A stretch of 64,000 nt of DNA. Source: Patescibacteria group bacterium (GTDB lineage: Bacteria > Patescibacteriota > Minisyncoccia > Phycocordibacterales > Phycocordibacteraceae). Location: positions 62-64,061 of the forward strand of contig JANLHF010000001.1 of the NCBI GenBank assembly GCA_024653825.1, written 5' to 3'. This document shows positions 58,988-64,000 of the stretch, one piece after another. The notes beneath the pieces are model-generated. The model worked only from the letters and a program-made list of their open reading frames with translations. It ran no database searches and was not told the DNA's origin. Within the stretch, counting starts at the first letter, position 1. Each line of letters opens with the position of its first letter. Made by a program: the position numbers and the translations under genes.

Positions 58988-59059
58988 TGCCCCTGCGAGG
59001 AATCGAACCTCGATTACGAACTCCGCAAGCTCGCGTCCTATCCGTTGAACGACAGGGGC
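58988..59059 (-). tRNA. tRNA-Arg(GCG)
   Basis: GCCCCTG...CGAGC TT GCG GA GTTCG...TTCGATT...CAGGGGC A. Confidence 0.94.
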
Positions 59060-59063
59060 GACA

Positions 59064-59098
59064 TTAGTTTCTTAGGAACGAAGTGAGTTAGAAACTAA
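59064..59098. repeat. palindromic repeat family B copy in the tRNA leader
   Basis: TTAGTTTCTTAGGAACGAAGTGAGTTAGAAACTAA matches 13571-13602 on the opposite strand. Confidence 0.7.
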
Positions 59099-59150
59099 GG
59101 AGTGCCGCACGCTGGTTTATGTATTGGCGTGCGGCCGTAGTGAATTTATA

Positions 59151-59624
59151 TCAGAATCCAAGCCAGGCCGCCACCAAATCGACGAACGTATGATGATGTT
59201 CCCCCTCATCTACGTGCTGAAGAAGATATGAATAAATAGTGTTCGCATCGACGCCCTCAAGCGGGATGATGAGGTGTGGGGAGAGCCAGCTCTCAGTCTT
59301 GATTGAGATCATTGGGGGAAGAGTTCCCTCGACGTCTTCGAGCACCGAGAAAGACACCATTCGTTCAAAGAGATGCAGCTCATCACCGATGAAGATGCCG
59401 CGCTCGACGAGACGGAAGCGATGGAGAGGAGGTTCTTTAGCCGCGTGAAGGGCGAATGCGAATGCAGCGATGACGATGAGTGCCGCGAGCAAATAATTAC
59501 CGAAGAGCGCCGAGGCGAGCGCGCCGGCGACGGCGACAATACCGAGCGCCCAATACCAATCGGCACTCTTCGGGTTATGGTCGTATTCTCTCCCTTCCCA
59601 TTCCAGAATGGCAGTGTGGGACAT
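59151..59624 (-). CDS. hypothetical membrane protein
   Basis: LEW...EY...KSADWYW plus two TMs and a PH-like tail. Confidence 0.75.
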   Translation of the reverse strand: MSHTAILEWEGREYDHNPKSADWYWALGIVAVAGALASALFGNYLLAALIVIAAFAFALHAAKEPPLHRFRLVERGIFIGDELHLFERMVSFSVLEDVEGTLPPMISIKTESWLSPHLIIPLEGVDANTIYSYLLQHVDEGEHHHTFVDLVAAWLGF

Positions 59625-59703
59625 GAGAAAATGATAGCACGCGCCGGGGCTTGCGATTACGCAACCCCATTTATTTTTCATAGGTGCTCTACTCCTTAAA
59701 ACT

Positions 59704-59755
59704 TGGCGGAAGGGGTGGGACTCGAACCCACAAGGGCTTTTGGCCCGCTAGTTTT
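59704..59755 (-). pseudogene. 3' half of an interrupted tRNA-Ser(TGA), with encoded CCA
   Basis: AAAACTAG, long variable arm GGGC-caaaa-GCCC, GTGGG TTCGAGT CCCAC, CCCTTCC G CCA. Confidence 0.85.
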
Positions 59756-59801
59756 TCCGCCGGAGGCGGACCCGCCTTCGGCGGGCAAGTTCGGTTCAGT
59801 G

Positions 59802-59889
59802 CGGAGAGGGTGGGATTCGAACCCACGGTCCCGTTTCCGGGACTCTGGTTTTCAAGACCAGCGCGTTAGACCATCTCTGCCACCTCTCC
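59802..59889 (-). tRNA. tRNA-Ser(TGA), intact and nested
   Basis: GGAGAGG...CTGGT CT TGA AA ACCAG, long variable arm, TTCGAAT, CCTCTCC G. Confidence 0.96.
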
Positions 59890-59892
59890 GCA

Positions 59893-60153
59893 CTAAACCG
59901 AACTTTTCAAAGACCCAAAATTTTCGCCAATCCATTTTCTGCCGGCGCCAGACTTCAAGAAGTTTTCTCGTTGTCGGGCATCAGTATATGTCGCACACTG
60001 CTCTTCTAGCACAAGCATCCATGGTATTCCTGATTTTGTCGAACGCGTATGGCCGGCATTATGCGCCACAAGTCGACTAGTGGTGCCAGTTCGACTTGAG
60101 CCAGTATAGAACTTATTTGTCTTCTGACTATAGAGGATATAGGTTACTTCCAT
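59893..60153 (-). CDS. small GIY-YIG (Slx1/UPF0213-like) endonuclease
   Basis: TYILYS...FYTGS, RL..HN.G...STK...PW.LV, A..RE.FLKSG.GR.W. Confidence 0.92.
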   Translation of the reverse strand: MEVTYILYSQKTNKFYTGSSRTGTTSRLVAHNAGHTRSTKSGIPWMLVLEEQCATYTDARQRENFLKSGAGRKWIGENFGSLKSSV

Positions 60154-60188
60154 GTTTTTCCGCCGGAGGCGGACCCGCCTTCGGCGGG

Positions 60189-60224
60189 CAAGACCGGTGC
60201 ATTCGACCGCTCTGCCACCTCTCC
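60189..60224 (-). pseudogene. 5' half of the interrupted tRNA-Ser(TGA)
   Basis: GGAGAGGTGGCAGAGCGGTCGAATGCACCGGTCTTG ends inside the anticodon. Confidence 0.85.
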
Positions 60225-60241
60225 AGTGGTATTACCAACGC

Positions 60242-60502
60242 CTATGATGACTTCTTAGGCGTTGCGTGTGAATAGGTGTCGCATGCACCAGGACGGAACC
60301 AAAGCAGATACACAATTTCAAGAATACCAAGTGTGTTGATGAAGAGGAGGGCGATGAACCACCATTTTTGACTTCCGCGAGCTGCATACCAAAGAGCGAA
60401 GCCCTTAATAATCACTGTCCAGATGGCGACGATCGCTAGTAGAGGAATAAGGGCCACCAATAACTCAGGCGCGAACGGAGAATAAAAAGGATAATAGTGC
60501 AT
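60242..60502 (-). CDS. small membrane protein (DUF5652-like)
   Basis: W...IKG.ALW.AAR..QK.WFIALL.INTLGILEI.YL. Confidence 0.8.
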   Translation of the reverse strand: MHYYPFYSPFAPELLVALIPLLAIVAIWTVIIKGFALWYAARGSQKWWFIALLFINTLGILEIVYLLWFRPGACDTYSHATPKKSS

Positions 60503-60531
60503 ATTTATAGGTTATACCATACAATCTTTAT

Positions 60532-60945
60532 ATGAAATATCTCGGAGTGGATTATGGTCAGAAGAGAATAGGTCTTTCTCTTTCGGACGAAATGGGGAGC
60601 ATGGGATTCCCTCACTCTATCGTTCTCAACACGCCGCGGCTAGTGGGGGAAATTTGTACGCTTATCGCAAAGGAAAATGTTGGAGCGGTCGTGATCGGTG
60701 AGTCACGCTCGCTCGCGGGTGAGGATAATCCGATTATGAAAGACGCTCGAGCGCTCGGCGCGCAGGTCACTGAGCGCTCCGGCGTGCCGGTGGTGTATGA
60801 ATCAGAAGTGTTCACGAGCGCCGAAGCACGCCGTCCTCCAACCAAAGAAGAAAAGTCTCGTGCGCCGAAGAAACACCCGGCAGTTGATGCGTCGGCGGCC
60901 GCACTTATCCTCACCAGTTATCTTTCACACACCCACCATGGATAA
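60532..60945 (+). CDS. ruvX: Holliday junction resolvase-like RuvX/YqgF
   Basis: LGVDYGQKRIGLSLSD, E.FTS.EA, VDASAAALIL.SYL. Confidence 0.94.
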   Translation: MKYLGVDYGQKRIGLSLSDEMGSMGFPHSIVLNTPRLVGEICTLIAKENVGAVVIGESRSLAGEDNPIMKDARALGAQVTERSGVPVVYESEVFTSAEARRPPTKEEKSRAPKKHPAVDASAAALILTSYLSHTHHG

Positions 60946-61279
60946 GCCACGCATTTCCATCGACGAATTCAGCAAGATAGAAGTGAAAGTTGGCACCGTG
61001 CGCTCAGCGGAACGTGTGCCCGAGACCAACAAGCTTTTTCGGCTCATGGTTGATTTCGGCGAGGAAGCAGGTCCGCGCCAGATTATCTCTGGTATCGCCG
61101 CATACGTGCCGGAACCAGAATCGCTCATAAATCGGCAACTTGCATTCGTAACGAATCTTGAACCGCGTACGATTCGTGGGCTTGAAAGCAACGGAATGCT
61201 TTTTGCTGTCGGTTCGGACGAGACCTTTGCCTTTCTCTCTCCCGATAGGGGCGTTCCTCCCGGGACCAGTGCACACTAA
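60938..61279 (+). CDS. tRNA-binding OB-fold protein (MetRS C-terminal/Trbp111-like)
   Basis: ISIDEF.KIEVKVG.V, RQIISGIA, NLEPR.IRGLESNGML. Confidence 0.9.
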   Translation: MDKPRISIDEFSKIEVKVGTVRSAERVPETNKLFRLMVDFGEEAGPRQIISGIAAYVPEPESLINRQLAFVTNLEPRTIRGLESNGMLFAVGSDETFAFLSPDRGVPPGTSAH

Positions 61280-61316
61280 GAAACAATCGCACGCCACCGC
61301 GTGATATTCTGTAAAG

Positions 61317-62417
61317 ATGCCTTCCGTTTTCAGCGAACGTTTTCGCGCCGCTTTCGCTCCGCCCAGGTATCTGGCACCGCCACTTTCAGGTATTGATATC
61401 TCGACAAGCGGTGTGAAAGTGGTGCGTTTAACCATGGGCCCATACGGCCTCATGCTTCGACATTATGCACAAGTGCGTCTTCCGCTCGGCGTCTTTACCG
61501 ATGGGGAGATTATTGATCGCGCCGCGATTATCGAAGCTTTGATTACCTCCACACACGCGACAGGAATCTCCAACGCGAATGTGTCCCTCTCAGAATCGAA
61601 GGCGTATCTCTTTGAGACATCAGCGTCCGGCAATATAAAATCTGAGTGGCGCGTCGGGATCGAACAACATCTCGATGAGCTCGTACCGCTACCTCCACTC
61701 GAGACCGCGTTCGATATTGTTGGCGTCGGACGTCAAGAGAACGGCGACGAGTCCGTCGTCGGCGTCGGGTTTGCAGCGCGCATGGTCGATGAAACACTCT
61801 CTGTATTCGATCAGGCACATATTCCGGTGAGGGCTCTTGAAGAAGAAACTTTTGCGATGGCACGCGCGCTGCTCCCGATAGGGGACAGGTCAACAACACT
61901 GATTATTGACGTGGGGAAGACCACGACAAAAATGACAATAGTGACGAATCGTATACCGCGCTTCGCGACTACTATCGGCATTGGCGGACACGCGCTCACG
62001 CTTGCAGTACAGAAACACTTTGGCGTGACTGAAGAGGAAGCGCGTAAGGTGAAGGCGGAGCGAGGCATCGTATCCACTGCGGGTAACGAAGATTATCTTG
62101 CCGCGATGTTTTCAACCGTTTCTGCGATTCGTGACGAGATTTCTCGACGACTTAGTTATTGGCAGGAAAAAGAAGCAACGAATGGTTCTCACCCGCCCGT
62201 GTCGCGCGCGATACTTGCGGGCGGCAATGCTTCATTGCGCGGACTTCCAGAATATCTCGAGGGCGCTCTCGGCATCCCCGTCACTGCTGGTGACGTGTTC
62301 GTGAATCTCGCTTCTCGCGATACATGGATTCCGGCGCTCGATTATACCGAGTCGCTTGCCTATGCGACGGCCGTCGGTCTCGCTCTGCGCGAACATATTC
62401 CTTTTTATGGAGAATGA
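61317..62417 (+). CDS. pilM: type IV pilus assembly protein PilM
   Basis: GIDIS.SGVK, IIDVGK.TT, IGG..LT, LAGGNA.L.GL, A.GLALR. Confidence 0.9.
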   Translation: MPSVFSERFRAAFAPPRYLAPPLSGIDISTSGVKVVRLTMGPYGLMLRHYAQVRLPLGVFTDGEIIDRAAIIEALITSTHATGISNANVSLSESKAYLFETSASGNIKSEWRVGIEQHLDELVPLPPLETAFDIVGVGRQENGDESVVGVGFAARMVDETLSVFDQAHIPVRALEEETFAMARALLPIGDRSTTLIIDVGKTTTKMTIVTNRIPRFATTIGIGGHALTLAVQKHFGVTEEEARKVKAERGIVSTAGNEDYLAAMFSTVSAIRDEISRRLSYWQEKEATNGSHPPVSRAILAGGNASLRGLPEYLEGALGIPVTAGDVFVNLASRDTWIPALDYTESLAYATAVGLALREHIPFYGE

Positions 62418-62961
62418 ACTTACTAACCTGCTTCCTCCGGAACGTCAGCGCGCACACGCGCGCGAATATATTCTTCGTTTGGGAGTCGTAGCGACAGTGC
62501 TAGTCACCGTATTAATTATGATAGCGGGGCTTCTCCTAGTACCGACCTTTCTTTTCCTAACACAAAGTACAGGGACAAAGCAGTCCCACCTTACAGATAT
62601 AGAATCGCTTCTTTCTTCAGCGGATGAAAAAATACTCGCAACACATCTCGCTGCTCTTTCGAATAGTGCAGCGGTTCTAACTAGGCTGGGGGAGTTACCC
62701 TCTGCAAGTACTGTCGTACGTTCTGCACTCTCTGTCTCTCATCCGGGAGTCGCGCTCGCCGGCTTCACTTACACGCCGACGGAAGGAAAGACGCCGGGGA
62801 CACTTTCCATATCGGGTACGGCAGCGACCCGCGAGTCTCTTCGCAATTATCAGCTCGCACTACAGGGATCTTCGTTCGCTGCCGCTGTCGACTTGCCGGT
62901 TTCTGCGTATGCGAGAGATGCTGAAATTTCGTTCACCATTACCGTGACACTCACCCCATGA
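62407..62961 (+). CDS. pilN: PilN-like protein
   Basis: NLLP motif plus TM; ISGTA.TRE.L. Confidence 0.82.
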   Translation: MENELTNLLPPERQRAHAREYILRLGVVATVLVTVLIMIAGLLLVPTFLFLTQSTGTKQSHLTDIESLLSSADEKILATHLAALSNSAAVLTRLGELPSASTVVRSALSVSHPGVALAGFTYTPTEGKTPGTLSISGTAATRESLRNYQLALQGSSFAAAVDLPVSAYARDAEISFTITVTLTP

Positions 62962-63527
62962 AATCCTCCTTTTCTCATCTGATTGGTGCCCTGATGGTAT
63001 GTATCATCGTTAGTATTGGATACGGGATGTGGTACGTTGCCATCTCGGAAAAAAGTATGGCCGTAGAAAAACTTCAGAACGTTATTGACACAAAGACGGA
63101 AACAGTGAGCCGTATAGCCACTACGCGTGCGACGCTCGCGGGCGTGGCAAACGACGAAACGGTGGTGCAGGGATATTTTGTGCCGGAGACGAAAGTGGTG
63201 ACGTTTATCGACTCACTCGAGACACACGGGAAGACGCAGGGAGCGATCGTGAAGGTACTCTCCGTATCTACGACCGGCACGACAGCACAGCCGACATTGT
63301 CGTTATCGCTCGTAATTTCAGGAACATTCGACGCAGTCATGCGAACAGTCGGCACGATTGAATACGCACCGTATGCACTCTCTATCTCGACGCTTTCAGT
63401 TTTGAGGGATGCAAAGGACAGCTGGCATGCGGATCTCAAGGTACTTGTCGGATCCCTTTCCGCGATACGTGCTGAAAGTGCGACAACAGCACTCATTCCT
63501 TTCTCTTCTACCCATGTCATTTTTTAA
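62958..63527 (+). CDS. pilO: PilO-like protein
   Basis: TM, coiled coil, GTF.AVM.....IE.APY; position after pilN. Confidence 0.75.
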   Translation: MKSSFSHLIGALMVCIIVSIGYGMWYVAISEKSMAVEKLQNVIDTKTETVSRIATTRATLAGVANDETVVQGYFVPETKVVTFIDSLETHGKTQGAIVKVLSVSTTGTTAQPTLSLSLVISGTFDAVMRTVGTIEYAPYALSISTLSVLRDAKDSWHADLKVLVGSLSAIRAESATTALIPFSSTHVIF

Positions 63528-63822
63528 TTCAACAACCAGATTTTTCAAACAACGACATCTCGGTGCGGGGGTCGATCCTGTGCGCGACTGGCTCCTCCTC
63601 CTCACCGTGTTGGCGATAGCTCTTGCGGGAATCATTGTATGGAATATTTGGGCCTTTGACACTGTCGCGAACGGAAGAAGTATCGGCGCGCCGGTGCCCA
63701 GGACGCCGCCAGCCTTCAATGCTTCGTCTCTTGATACGATTCGTGTGATCTTTACGAATCGTGCCGCAGAAGAAGCGAAGTATGAAACCGGCGTATATCG
63801 CTTTGCTGACCCGTCGCTTTGA
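63514..63822 (+). CDS. hypothetical membrane protein (end of pilMNO operon)
   Basis: P.RDW plus TM; ends in DPS. Confidence 0.7.
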   Translation: MSFFNSTTRFFKQRHLGAGVDPVRDWLLLLTVLAIALAGIIVWNIWAFDTVANGRSIGAPVPRTPPAFNASSLDTIRVIFTNRAAEEAKYETGVYRFADPSL

Positions 63823-63931
63823 TGGACGAAATAGGTTAGATTTTCTATACGCCCCCGTATCTTCGCGGACTCGATACGGGGGCTCGTTCGGAGAGAAAGA
63901 ATGAGCGAAGGCGCTCCTTCTTTCTCACTTC

Positions 63932-64000
63932 GCCCCCGTAGTTCAATGGATAGAACACCGGACTTCTAAGCCGGTTATGTAGGTCCGATTCCTGCCGGGG
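63932..64000 (+). tRNA. tRNA-Arg(TCT), truncated by the window end
   Basis: GCCCCCG TAGTTCAATGGATAGAAC...CT TCT AA...GTAGG TCCGATT CCTGC CGGGG. Confidence 0.9.

Larger units (their letters stand above)
59751..60192 (-). mobile_element. GIY-YIG/tRNA cassette inserted at the tRNA-Ser anticodon
   Basis: Exact 39-bp direct repeats at 59751-59789 and 60154-60192 enclose a GIY-YIG gene and an intact tRNA-Ser. Confidence 0.75.

Noticed and set aside
59751-60192. Group I/II intron in tRNA-Ser
   Set aside because: The insert is fully accounted for by the repeats, the ORF and the nested tRNA. There is no room for a ribozyme core, and the outer halves pair imperfectly.
59751-60192. CRISPR array from the 39-bp repeats
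   Set aside because: Only two copies, about 400 bp apart, with genes between them and no cas genes.
1-64000. Alternative genetic code (UGA=Gly)
   Set aside because: Conserved genes such as rny, dnaA, pgk and polA end at TGA at the expected lengths, so code 11 applies.

Overview
A 64-kb origin-proximal chromosomal segment of a small-genome bacterium, most likely Patescibacteria/CPR (Parcubacteria-like). This assignment is inferred from compact, mostly leaderless core genes, two PilB ATPases plus pilC/pilMNO, a PrgI/VirB4 cluster, tRNA-Arg(GCG) and genetic code 11. Core content: yidC-rnpA-rpmH-dnaA-dnaN with a candidate oriC, a parS cluster, polA, ruvABC, recJ, rny, clpP, nusA, hppA, tpiA-pgk, comEC, sod, cca, three toxin-antitoxin loci and eight apparently normal tRNA genes (the last cut off by the window edge). 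The most striking feature is at 59704-60224. A tRNA-Ser(UGA) gene is split in its anticodon by a cassette bounded by exact 39-bp direct repeats, each being the anticodon-loop sequence with a 30-nt double hairpin inserted. The cassette carries a small GIY-YIG endonuclease gene and a complete replacement tRNA-Ser(UGA) inside a 16-bp inverted repeat. Related REP-like palindromes are dispersed through the window, one of them in frame inside recJ. Other notable items are an unannotated ~200-270 nt structured RNA candidate, homologous two-hairpin leaders on two tRNA-Arg genes, and a 2-kb islet bounded by a 44-bp duplication of the rpmB 3' end that holds a stop-interrupted zinc-finger microgene and a deleted toxin.
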